This document shows positions 1 through 8,628 of a DNA stretch of 64,000 bases, piece after piece; within the stretch, counting starts at the first letter, position 1, and each line of letters begins with the position of its first letter. The DNA is from Candidatus Omnitrophota bacterium. GTDB taxonomy: Bacteria; Omnitrophota; Gorgyraeia; Gygaellales; Profunditerraquicolaceae. A program made the translations under genes and the position numbers. The stretch is taken from contig JAHIKK010000034.1 in the NCBI GenBank assembly GCA_018897555.1, positions 4,527 to 68,526 of the forward strand, written 5' to 3'. The notes under the pieces are model-generated. The model was not told the origin of the DNA. It ran no database searches and saw only the letters and a list, made by a program, of their open reading frames with translations.

Positions 1-2
1 CG

Positions 3-812
3 CAGCCGTTTAGTAAGATTAAAGAGCAGATGAAGTTAATTAAGTCCGCCCATCTTAAGTTTAGCCGCACGAAAAAGAAATTAGTCGAAGCAAATCTGCG
101 CCTGGTGGTGAGTATTGCCAAAAAATATACTAATCGCGGGCTATCTTTTTTGGATTTAATCCAAGAGGGCAATATTGGCCTGATGCGGGCTGTAGAAAAA
201 TTTGAATATAAGCGCGGCTATAAATTCTCTACTTATGCTACTTGGTGGATCCGTCAGGCGATTACCCGTTCCATCGCGGATCAGGCCCGGACAATCAGAA
301 TACCGGTGCATATGACGGAAACGATCAACAAGATAATCCGTTTTTCCAGGGTTTTTGTCCAGAAAAATGGCCGGGAGCCTACTCCTGAAGAGATCGCGCA
401 TAAAATGCGTTTTCCTCAGGGCAAGATAAAATCTATATTAAAAATTGCCCAGGAGCCTATTTCATTGCAGATGCCTATCGGCGATGAAGGGGATACGCAT
501 TTTGGGGATTTTATCCAGGATAAAAAAGCTGTTTCTCCGGCAAATGAAACTGTGCGTTCAATGTTAAAAGATGAAATGAATTCCGCTTTAGGCACATTAA
601 CCGAAAGGGAGAAGAGGATCCTGGTTTTGCGTTTTGGCATCAATGACGGTTCTGCGCGTACCTTAGAAGAGGTGGGCAATGTCTTTAAGGTCACCCGCGA
701 AAGAGTCAGGCAAATTGAGGCCAAGGCTTTAAAAAAACTTAGGCATCCGTCGCGTTCGCGGCGCTTACGCACTTTTATGGATATGACTTTGGCGTACCAG
801 AGAGAATATTAG
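3..812 (+). CDS. rpoD: RNA polymerase primary sigma factor (sigma-70), 5'-truncated by the window edge
   Basis: Region 2 motifs [30 protein letters not shown] and [15 protein letters not shown]; region 4 [20 protein letters not shown]; frame is open back to position 3. Confidence 0.97.
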   Translation, partial: QPFSKIKEQMKLIKSAHLKFSRTKKKLVEANLRLVVSIAKKYTNRGLSFLDLIQEGNIGLMRAVEKFEYKRGYKFSTYATWWIRQAITRSIADQARTIRIPVHMTETINKIIRFSRVFVQKNGREPTPEEIAHKMRFPQGKIKSILKIAQEPISLQMPIGDEGDTHFGDFIQDKKAVSPANETVRSMLKDEMNSALGTLTEREKRILVLRFGINDGSARTLEEVGNVFKVTRERVRQIEAKALKKLRHPSRSRRLRTFMDMTLAYQREY

Positions 813-861
813 AATATAACCTAAGGGGTTTAGAAATGACTTGTTTAAAAATAAGTCTTTT

Positions 862-889
862 AAGCAGCTTTTTGATAAAGCTGCTTTTT
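862..889 (+). terminator. Probable intrinsic terminator after rpoD
   Basis: Stem AAGCAGCTTT-ttgat-AAAGCTGCTT followed by a T-rich tract. Confidence 0.65.
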
Positions 890-911
890 GTTTATTAGCT
901 AATCACTGAGC

Positions 912-3200
912 ATGGAAGATTCCAAACAAAATAACTTAGAAATTACAGCCGGCCTGCTGCGGAAAGCAGAGCTTCAGCAGAAGGCTATTCTGGATAATAT
1001 TCCGGATATTGCCTGGCTTAAAGATCTCCAAGGCAGATTTATTGCGGTTAATGAACTCTTTGCTAAGGCTTGCGGCCTTAAAGTTGAGGAAATTATCGGT
1101 AAAACTGATCTGGATATTTGGCCAAAAGAGTTGGCTCTAAGTTATCGCGCTAATGACCAGGAAGTAATCGATAGTAAAAAACGTAAATGTATTCAGGAAA
1201 AATTAGTATATCCTAAGGGCTCTGAACAGTGGATGGAAACGATTAAGGCTCCATTTTTTGATGATTACGGCAAAGTAATCGGCACCACCGGGATTTCCAG
1301 AAATATCACTTTGCATAAGAATGAGGCCGAAAGGTTAAAGGAGATTCGCGCGGAGCTTGACCTGAGGGTTAAAGTCAGGACTTCGGAGTTGGCTAGTTTT
1401 AACGAAGCGCTGCGGAAAGAGGTACGCTTCGCTCAAGAGGCGCAAAAAGAAAATGACGAAAAGTTGGAGGTCTTAGTCCAGCAGCGTACAAAATCATTAG
1501 AGCTGGAAATCGCCGCCAGAAAAGAGGCGGAGGAAAAAGCAAATATTTTGTATCAACAGCTGGAGTTTATCCTGGGAGCAACTAAAACCGGCCTGGATAT
1601 TATCGATAAAGATTATAATCTGCGCTATGTCGATCCGGTGTGGGCGTGTAATTATGGGGATTGGAGGGGCAAAAAATGTTTTGAATACTTTATGGGCCGC
1701 AAAAGTTCCTGTCCTGAATGCGCTATTGAGGAGGCCTTTAGCACAAAAAAAATTGTGATTAGTGAAGAAACCTTAACTAGAGAAGGTGACCGGCCGATAC
1801 AGGTTACGACCATACCTTACCAGGATAAAAATGGCGAATGGTTGGTGGTTGAGGTAAATGTGGATATAACTCAAAAAAAGAAGGTTGATGAAGAACTTAA
1901 GCGTTATCGTAACCACTTAGAGCAGTTGGTTGAGGAGCGCACGCAAGATCTTCTACAGGAGACAGCCCGCTGCAGGAATTCTGAATTCGAAAAAAGTAAA
2001 TTAAACCGCGAGTTGCTTAAAACTAATGAAAAATTAAAAAGTGTTTCGCTTATTGACGCGCATACCGGGTTATATAACTATCGTTATTTGCAGGAGGCCA
2101 TTGAGGTTGAATTCCATCAAGCCAGAAGGTATGCTCAAAACCTGGCAATAATCATGCTGGATATCGATTACTTTAAATCCATCAATGATGTCTATGGAAT
2201 TGTTTTTGGAGATTTAGTTTTAAAGCAGCTAGCCAAACAACTTAAGCGCATGCTGAGGCGTTATGATGTTCTCGTCCGTTATAGCGGAGAGGAGTTTATT
2301 ATCATTTCTCCCCGATTAAACCGTGACACCGCTTTTAATCTGGCCCAGAGGCTGCTGGATACATTGAATTTTATCAACTTTGGGAACAAGGAACATAGCG
2401 TTAAATTAAAAATGAGCCTTTCTGTAGTTTCATTTCCCGAGGATAGGGCAAAAAATGGAATGGATTTAGTTAATCTGGCGGATGTATTGTTGAATAAGGT
2501 CAAAGAAAGCGGAGGTAATCGCGCTTATTCTTCTTTGGATCTTAAAAATCCGCCAAGCAAAGGAACGAAGAATATTCTTAAAGTTACAGGGATAAAAACT
2601 TTAAAAAATACGATTACTAAGCTGCATAAGGAGTCCAGACAGGGCTTAGCGGAATCTATCTTTGCCTTTGCTAAAACTTTGGAATTAAAAGATCATTATA
2701 CCGGTGAACATGTTGAAAACACGGTGCATTTTGCCATGGGAGTAGCCAACGAATTAAACTTACCTAAAGAAGATGTGGAATTAATCAAGCAGGCGGCAAT
2801 GCTGCATGACTTAGGTAAGATTGGCATTAGCGAAAGCATTTTACTTAAAAAAGGCAAGCTTAATAAAAAGGAGTTTGAGGAAATTAAAAAGCATCCCCAA
2901 ATCGGTGCCGATATTATCAGGCCGATTAAGTTTCTACATGATTTGATTCCGTTTATTTTCTATCATCATGAACGCTGGGATGGCAAAGGTTATCCTAGCG
3001 GAATAAGGGGTGAGGATATTCCGCTGGGGGCCAGGGTTATTGCGATTGCGGATGTATATCAAGCCCTAATTAGCGACCGGCCATACCATAAGGCATTTAG
3101 CAAGAGCGCGGCTATAGATATAATCAAAAAATCTTCCGGAACTCAATTTGATCCCAGCATTGTCAGGGCTTTTCTTAAGGTTGTGCATAAGGAAAAGTAG
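912..3200 (+). CDS. PAS-PAS / GGDEF (degenerate) / HD-GYP c-di-GMP signalling protein
   Basis: PAS folds (WLKDLQGRFIAVN), coiled-coil linkers, GGDEF domain (DAHTGLYN, DIDYFKSIND, RYSGEEF), HD-GYP domain (LHDLGKIG, HHERWDGKGYP). Confidence 0.9.
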   Translation: MEDSKQNNLEITAGLLRKAELQQKAILDNIPDIAWLKDLQGRFIAVNELFAKACGLKVEEIIGKTDLDIWPKELALSYRANDQEVIDSKKRKCIQEKLVYPKGSEQWMETIKAPFFDDYGKVIGTTGISRNITLHKNEAERLKEIRAELDLRVKVRTSELASFNEALRKEVRFAQEAQKENDEKLEVLVQQRTKSLELEIAARKEAEEKANILYQQLEFILGATKTGLDIIDKDYNLRYVDPVWACNYGDWRGKKCFEYFMGRKSSCPECAIEEAFSTKKIVISEETLTREGDRPIQVTTIPYQDKNGEWLVVEVNVDITQKKKVDEELKRYRNHLEQLVEERTQDLLQETARCRNSEFEKSKLNRELLKTNEKLKSVSLIDAHTGLYNYRYLQEAIEVEFHQARRYAQNLAIIMLDIDYFKSINDVYGIVFGDLVLKQLAKQLKRMLRRYDVLVRYSGEEFIIISPRLNRDTAFNLAQRLLDTLNFINFGNKEHSVKLKMSLSVVSFPEDRAKNGMDLVNLADVLLNKVKESGGNRAYSSLDLKNPPSKGTKNILKVTGIKTLKNTITKLHKESRQGLAESIFAFAKTLELKDHYTGEHVENTVHFAMGVANELNLPKEDVELIKQAAMLHDLGKIGISESILLKKGKLNKKEFEEIKKHPQIGADIIRPIKFLHDLIPFIFYHHERWDGKGYPSGIRGEDIPLGARVIAIADVYQALISDRPYHKAFSKSAAIDIIKKSSGTQFDPSIVRAFLKVVHKEK

Positions 3201-3231
3201 CCTCCTTATCTTAATTTACATAAGTTTTAAC

Positions 3232-3260
3232 TTGCCAAATATCCCTAAAAATAGTAATAT
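3232..3260 (+). promoter_or_regulatory. Putative sigma-70 promoter for the tRNA pair
   Basis: TTGCCA-N17-TAATAT, 16 bp upstream of the first tRNA. Confidence 0.55.
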
Positions 3261-3276
3261 ATAGTATTATTTTTGA

Positions 3277-3350
3277 GGGCCCATAGCTCAGTCGGTTAGA
3301 GCAGTTGACTCATAATCAATTGGTCCGGGGTTCGAGTCCCTGTGGGCCCA
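3277..3350 (+). tRNA. tRNA with CAT anticodon, most likely tRNA-Ile2 (lysidine-modified)
   Basis: Cloverleaf GGGCCCA..TGGGCCC-A; anticodon arm GTTGA-CT-CAT-AA-TCAAT; Ile-type body; position downstream of rpoD is typical; tilS is in this window. Confidence 0.85.
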
Positions 3351-3368
3351 GGATATGTTGAGGGGCGC

Positions 3369-3442
3369 GGGCGCATAGCTCAGTTGGTTAGAGCGCTACA
3401 TTCACATTGTAGAAGTCGTAGGTTCGAGTCCTATTGCGCCCA
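3369..3442 (+). tRNA. tRNA-Val(CAC)
   Basis: Acceptor GGGCGCA..TGCGCCC-A; anticodon arm CTACA-TT-CAC-AT-TGTAG; T-loop GTTCGAGTC. Confidence 0.93.
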
Positions 3443-3476
3443 ATTAATTAGGCTTAAAGCACATTAAGGAGATAGA

Positions 3477-4196
3477 TTGGCGATCATGGATTTAAAAAAT
3501 CAGATTATCGGCTTAGTAAGGTTACAGGAGTTGGATAGCGAAATTTACGCTTTAGGAAATGAAAGAGCAACCAAGCCTCAAGAGATCAAGGCCATGGAGG
3601 CTGCTTTTGAACTTAAAAAACAGGATCTGGCGGCCCTGGAAAAGAAGTCTTTAGATTTACAAAAACAACGCAAGGAAAAAGAGTTGGAACTTGCCACTAA
3701 TGCCGAAGGGGTTAAAAAACTCTCTAGCCAATTGTTTTCTTTAAAGACGAATAAAGAATTTCAGGTTATGCAACAGCAGATTGCAGATGCCAAGGCTGAT
3801 GGGGCGGTAATTGAGGAAAAAATCCTGATCTCTTTTGAGGAATCGGATAAAATAAAGGCGCAGATTGACTCTGAGAATCTAAAACTAAAATCTGAAGAAA
3901 AGATTTTTCTGCAGCAAAAGAAAGTGGTAGAATTACGCAGCGAAGAAATAGGCGGACGGTTAAGCCAATTGGATGCCCAAAGAAAACAGATTATTCCCGG
4001 TATCGACCTCAAGATGCTGCAGGAGTATGAGAGAATTTTACATAGCCGGGATGGTTTAGCCATTGTTCCGGTTGAGGATAATTCCTGCGGGGGGTGCCAT
4101 ATGTCTGTGCCTCCCCAGGTAATCAATTTAATTAAGATGTATGAACATATTATTACTTGTGAAGTTTGCAATCGTATTCTTTATATTCCTGAGTAA
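3477..4196 (+). CDS. Coiled-coil protein with C-terminal C4 zinc ribbon (CT398/HP0958-like)
   Basis: Long coiled coil followed by CGGCHM..CEVCNRIL; commonly found next to rnhA and rnpB. Confidence 0.88.
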   Translation: MAIMDLKNQIIGLVRLQELDSEIYALGNERATKPQEIKAMEAAFELKKQDLAALEKKSLDLQKQRKEKELELATNAEGVKKLSSQLFSLKTNKEFQVMQQQIADAKADGAVIEEKILISFEESDKIKAQIDSENLKLKSEEKIFLQQKKVVELRSEEIGGRLSQLDAQRKQIIPGIDLKMLQEYERILHSRDGLAIVPVEDNSCGGCHMSVPPQVINLIKMYEHIITCEVCNRILYIPE

Positions 4197-4613
4197 ATGA
4201 GTCATTTAGAAATCTATATTGATGGCGCATCCAAGGGTAACCCGGGGCATAGCGGGGTAGGGATTGTAATTTATCGAGACGGTTTACGGATTAAGAATAT
4301 TTCAAATTATATCGGGTCGGCTACGAATAATGTAGCTGAATATACCGCTCTAATTTACGCGCTCGAAGAAGCATTATTATTAAAAGCTAAGAGTTTAAAA
4401 ATTAATACTGATAGCCAGCTTTTAGCCCGGCAATTAAATAAAATTTATAAAGTTAAACATCCGGGTATAATCACCTTATATAATCGAGCCGTGCATCTTT
4501 TGACGGGCTTTGAGAAAGTTTTGATTAATCATATTCCCCGGCAAGAGAATAGCTTGGCGGATAAATTGGCAACGGAAGCGATTAAGTCTATCTTGGTGAA
4601 ATCTTTGATATAA
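4197..4613 (+). CDS. rnhA: Ribonuclease HI family protein
   Basis: YIDGASKGNPG, TNNVAEY, TDSQL and HIPRQENSLADKLA motifs. Confidence 0.92.
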   Translation: MSHLEIYIDGASKGNPGHSGVGIVIYRDGLRIKNISNYIGSATNNVAEYTALIYALEEALLLKAKSLKINTDSQLLARQLNKIYKVKHPGIITLYNRAVHLLTGFEKVLINHIPRQENSLADKLATEAIKSILVKSLI

Positions 4614-5013
4614 ACAGGCAGAATGTGGCTGCCCGCCACGGATTTAGTGGCGGGAGGAAAGTCCGGGCTCCAGAGGATAACGTAACGGGTAATTTCCGTC
4701 CTGTATATGTGATGTATACAGAGGATTTCCGCCAGAAATTGGCGGATCCGCCATAATTTGTGGCGGAAGAGCCACAGAGACGAGTAGTTTCGCAGCTTAG
4801 AAGGTTGCGGGACGAGGTGAAACGCGGCAATCTCTACGTGGAGCAAGGTAGAATAGGAGATGAGCGCTGATCCAGCGCGTTTTCCGTTTTAAGCGGGAAG
4901 CAATCTCGGGTAAACTGCTAAAGTTACCGCGGTAACGCGGGAATTGAGAGGAATAGCCACTAATCGATGCGCGAATTCGCATCAAGACAGAACCCGGCTT
5001 ATTCTGCCTGTTT
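4612..5013 (+). ncRNA. rnpB: RNase P RNA (bacterial)
   Basis: P1 pairing AAACAGGCAGAAT / ATTCTGCCTGTTT; conserved GAGGAAAGTCCGGGCTC, GCCACAGAGA, GGTGAAACGCGGCAA, GGTAAACTGC and ACAGAACCCGGCTTA. Confidence 0.95.
4728..4767. repeat. Tandem CCGCCA-Nx-TGGCGG double-hairpin element inside rnpB
   Basis: TCCGCCAgaaatTGGCGGA followed by TCCGCCAtaatttgTGGCGGA; same architecture at 41905-41947. Confidence 0.75.
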
Positions 5014-5062
5014 TAAATAATAATAAAGTAAAGTAATGTTCCCCCCTCGCGGGAGCTCGGGG

Positions 5063-5100
5063 TCAATTTTCCCCAAACGCCGGAGGCTGGGGAAAATTGA
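5063..5100. repeat. 13-bp perfect inverted repeat abutting the yebC Shine-Dalgarno sequence
   Basis: TCAATTTTCCCCA-N12-TGGGGAAAATTGA immediately followed by GGAGGAG. Confidence 0.7.
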
Positions 5101-5109
5101 GGAGGAGTT

Positions 5110-5865
5110 ATGTCAGGTCATTCGAAATGGAAAACAAATAAAGGAAAAAAAGGTATCGCTGATGCTAAACGCGGCGCTACCTTTACTAAGATCATTAAGG
5201 AGTTAGTGGTTGTCGCCAGGGATGGCGGAGGAAACCCTGATTCTAACCCCCGGCTGCGGGCCATAATGGAAAAGGCTAAAAAAGCAAATATGCCTTCGGA
5301 TAATGTGAAGATGGCGATTAAGCGGGGAACCGGTGAACTTCCGGGGATAGTCTATGAGGCAGTAATGTATGAGGCTTATGGGCCGGGCGGGGTGGCGATT
5401 TTAATTGATTCGCTTACAGATAATAAAAACCGTACTACTGCTGAGATACGCAACATCATGTCAAAAAAAGGCGGTAATATGGCCGGAGCCGGTTCAGTGA
5501 GCTGGATGTTTGTGCAAAAAGGCTATATCTCCGTGGCTAAAGAAAATATTAAAGAGGATGAGTTGATGAATATTGTCTTAGACGCCGGAGCTGAAGATAT
5601 GAAACATGAAACGGATACCTATGAGATTTTTACTGCCGTTGCGGATTTAGAAAAGGTTAAACAGGCGCTTTCCGATAAAAATATCAAGTGGATTGATGCG
5701 GAATTAACCATGATTCCATCCTCAACGATTAAGGTTACCGGCCATGAAGCAAAACAGGTCTTAGCGCTGGTAGAAACCTTAGAAGACCATGATGATGTGC
5801 AGCAGGTTTATGCCAATTTTGATATTCCGGATGAGATTTTAGATGAGATTGCCGCTGAGGAATGA
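5110..5865 (+). CDS. yebC: YebC/PmpR family protein
   Basis: MSGHSKW N-terminus; YEAYGPGG, TDNKNRT and LEDHDDVQQVYANFD motifs. Confidence 0.95.
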   Translation: MSGHSKWKTNKGKKGIADAKRGATFTKIIKELVVVARDGGGNPDSNPRLRAIMEKAKKANMPSDNVKMAIKRGTGELPGIVYEAVMYEAYGPGGVAILIDSLTDNKNRTTAEIRNIMSKKGGNMAGAGSVSWMFVQKGYISVAKENIKEDELMNIVLDAGAEDMKHETDTYEIFTAVADLEKVKQALSDKNIKWIDAELTMIPSSTIKVTGHEAKQVLALVETLEDHDDVQQVYANFDIPDEILDEIAAEE

Positions 5866-6344
5866 TTATCGTAGGGATTGATCCGGCCTTAGCCGTTAGC
5901 GGATATGGCGTTATACGGGTTAATCAAGCATCCCTGGCTTTAATTGAAGCCGGGATAATAAAAACCAGCGTTCAAGAAGCTCTCCCCCGGCGGTTGGATA
6001 AAATATACCGCGGGGTACTTAAATTAATTAGCGATACAAAAGCAGATTGTTTAGTGCTGGAAAAAATATATTCACATTACAAACATCCGGCAACTGCTTG
6101 TATTTTAGGCCAAGCCAGAGGAGTGATTTGTTTGGCGGCATTTACGGCAGGGCTGCCTTTTTTTGAATACTCGGCTACGCGTATTAAGAAAGCCATAGTC
6201 GGCAAAGGCCTGGCTTCTAAAACCCAGGTGCAAAGAATGGTCACCCACACTTTAGGATTAAAAACTTCCGTTCCTTATCTGGATGTTACTGATGCCTTGG
6301 CCTTGGCGATAGCGCATAGTTATATCGTGAAAGTAAAATTATGA
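5862..6344 (+). CDS. ruvC: Holliday junction resolvase RuvC
   Basis: GIDP, GYGVI, GQARGVI, KKAIVGKGLASK and DALALA motifs; follows yebC. Confidence 0.93.
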   Translation: MIIVGIDPALAVSGYGVIRVNQASLALIEAGIIKTSVQEALPRRLDKIYRGVLKLISDTKADCLVLEKIYSHYKHPATACILGQARGVICLAAFTAGLPFFEYSATRIKKAIVGKGLASKTQVQRMVTHTLGLKTSVPYLDVTDALALAIAHSYIVKVKL

Positions 6345-6964
6345 TTTCCCGAATTACCGGACGCGTTACGGAAAAAGGATCAAATTACCTGGTTTTAGAT
6401 TTAGGAGGGCTAAGTTATGAAGTTTTTATACCCGCCTGCGTGATGTCCGGACTGGATACATCCTTAAGCCCTGATGGCAAAATCTCCCTGCTCACCTACC
6501 ATTATTACCAGGTGGATCAAGCCAAGAACATTCCTATTTTAATCGGTTTCTTAAACAAGGTAGAAAAGGATTTTTTCGAGATATTTATTACGGTTTCAGG
6601 GATTGGGCCGCGGGCTGCCTTGAAGGCTTTGAATAAACCCATTTCTTTAATCGCCAAGGCCATTGATGAGGGGGATTTGGTTTCCCTAAAATCACTTCCC
6701 GGTATCGGTGAGCAAAGAGCAAAAGAGATCGTGGCTAAACTGCAAAATAAAGTAGGTAAATTCGGCCTGATGCAAGACTATATTCCGGAAGAAAAGGCCG
6801 CAGCCAAAAATATATCCGAGGAAGCTTTAGATGTTTTATTGCAGCTGGAGTATAAAAGGAACGAGGCCCTGGGTATGATCAAGAAAGTTTTGAAAATAAA
6901 TTCTCAGGTAAATACTACGGAAGAATTGTTAAATCTGGTCTATAAACAAAAAAGGGGCACCTAG
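6341..6964 (+). CDS. ruvA: Holliday junction branch-migration protein RuvA
   Basis: MISRITG N-terminus; HhH motifs VSGIGPRAA and LPGIGEQRA; follows ruvC. Confidence 0.92.
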   Translation: MISRITGRVTEKGSNYLVLDLGGLSYEVFIPACVMSGLDTSLSPDGKISLLTYHYYQVDQAKNIPILIGFLNKVEKDFFEIFITVSGIGPRAALKALNKPISLIAKAIDEGDLVSLKSLPGIGEQRAKEIVAKLQNKVGKFGLMQDYIPEEKAAAKNISEEALDVLLQLEYKRNEALGMIKKVLKINSQVNTTEELLNLVYKQKRGT

Positions 6965-6971
6965 GCAAACC

Positions 6972-7580
6972 ATGGAAGAGAATAATTTAAAATCAGCGGT
7001 AGAGGCTTTAATCTTTGCATCCGAGAAACCCATCACGGCAGAGCAGATAAAAAAGGTTTTAGGGGATCTGGATAGCTTGAGCATTAATAAAATTATTGCG
7101 GAATTAAAAAATGAATACGCGGCACAGAATCGAGGTATCCGGGTAGTGGAGATTGCCGGCGGATTTCAGATGACGACCTGCAGTAATTTTGCCCCTTTCT
7201 TAAAAAAACTTTTTAAAAACCGCTATAGCGATAAGTTATCCAGGCCTGCCCTTGAATCTCTGGCGATTATTGCCTATAAGCAGCCGCTAACCAAAGCGGA
7301 GATTGAATCTTTGAGAAATGTAAATGTTGATGGCGTAATGAAAAGCCTGGCGGACAAAAATCTAATTCGTATTTGCGGTAGAAAGAAGATTCCCGGCCGG
7401 CCATTTGTCTATGGCACTACCCGGGAATTTCTGGAACATTTTGGTTTGAAATCCCTGCAAGACCTGCCGAAGATGGAGGATTTTACGGTTTTAGCTCAAC
7501 AGCAGGAAGCTGGCGAAACAATTGAACTGATCAGCCAAACAGATCTGGAGGCCAAGAATGAGTCTGGACAAATTGCGTAA
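6972..7580 (+). CDS. scpB: SMC-Scp complex subunit ScpB
   Basis: VEALIFAS, LSRPALESLAIIAYKQP and PGRPFVYGTTREFLEHFGL motifs. Confidence 0.95.
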   Translation: MEENNLKSAVEALIFASEKPITAEQIKKVLGDLDSLSINKIIAELKNEYAAQNRGIRVVEIAGGFQMTTCSNFAPFLKKLFKNRYSDKLSRPALESLAIIAYKQPLTKAEIESLRNVNVDGVMKSLADKNLIRICGRKKIPGRPFVYGTTREFLEHFGLKSLQDLPKMEDFTVLAQQQEAGETIELISQTDLEAKNESGQIA

Positions 7581-8613
7581 GAAAATTGATATCCTCGACC
7601 GCAAATTAATTAATTTATTAAATTTACGCGCCGCGGCGACTAAAGATATCGGCAGAATTAAAATTAATGCCGGCAAAAGTATTTACGTGCCGGAAAGAGA
7701 GAGGCAGGTTTTAGACAGGATTTCCGGTTTTAATAAAGGGCCTTTAAAAAAGAGCGCGCTGGAAGCGATTTACCGTGAGGTAATGAGCGCCAGTTTGGCT
7801 TTGGAAAAGCCGTTAAAGATTGCTTATCTTGGCCCGCGGGCAAGTTTCACTAACCTGGCGGCGATTAAAAAATTCGGTTCTTGTGTCAGTTATATTGCCT
7901 GCAATAGTATCGCCGACGTTTTCCTGGAGGTGGAAAAAGATAGCGCCGATTATGGGGTAGTGCCGATAGAAAATTCAATTGAAGGCGCGGTAAGCCATAC
8001 TCTGGATGTTTTTGTGGATTCCGATCTAAAAATTTGTTCACAGGTAATTTTGGAGGTAACGCATAATCTCTTAGCTAACTGTGTAAAGAATAAGATCCGT
8101 AATGTTTATTCCAATCCCCAGGTTTTTGGGCAGTGCCGTATCTGGCTGCAAAAAAATTTGCCCAATGCCCTGCTCGTGGATGTTCCCAGCACTACCCGCG
8201 CAGCCGAAATAGCTAAAAAAGAAAAAAATAGCGCGGCGATTGCTTCGCTTTTGGCTTCTAAGGTTTACGGCCTAAAGGTGCTGGCGGAAGGGATTCAAGA
8301 CTCCGCGCATAATATTACCCGTTTTCTGGTGGTGGGTAAAAATGTCGCTGCCCGGACGGGGAAGGATAAGACCAGCTTGTTTTTTTCAATTAAAGACCGG
8401 GTAGGCGCTTTATATGCCATGCTTTTGCCCTTTCGTAAATACGGGGTCAATCTTACTAAGATTGAATCCCGGCCTTCAAAAAAGAAAGTTTGGGAGTATT
8501 ATTTTTTCATAGATATCCTGGGCCATCAGGAGGATGCCCTAATTAAGAAAGCGCTGCAGGAATTAGAACGCGGGTGTAGTTATTTAAAAATATTAGGTTC
8601 TTATCCTGATTAG
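7558..8613 (+). CDS. pheA: Chorismate mutase / prephenate dehydratase
   Basis: N-terminal AroQ (LRKKIDILD); VPIENSIEG, NITRF and ACT-domain LTKIESRP. Confidence 0.95.
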   Translation: MSLDKLRKKIDILDRKLINLLNLRAAATKDIGRIKINAGKSIYVPERERQVLDRISGFNKGPLKKSALEAIYREVMSASLALEKPLKIAYLGPRASFTNLAAIKKFGSCVSYIACNSIADVFLEVEKDSADYGVVPIENSIEGAVSHTLDVFVDSDLKICSQVILEVTHNLLANCVKNKIRNVYSNPQVFGQCRIWLQKNLPNALLVDVPSTTRAAEIAKKEKNSAAIASLLASKVYGLKVLAEGIQDSAHNITRFLVVGKNVAARTGKDKTSLFFSIKDRVGALYAMLLPFRKYGVNLTKIESRPSKKKVWEYYFFIDILGHQEDALIKKALQELERGCSYLKILGSYPD

Positions 8614-8628
8614 GAGAATAAACTAAAA

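Noticed and set aside
4529-4985. Three minus-strand ORFs (4529-4846, 4588-4830, 4797-4985)
   Set aside because: They overlap RNase P RNA and are shadow ORFs of a GC-rich structural RNA
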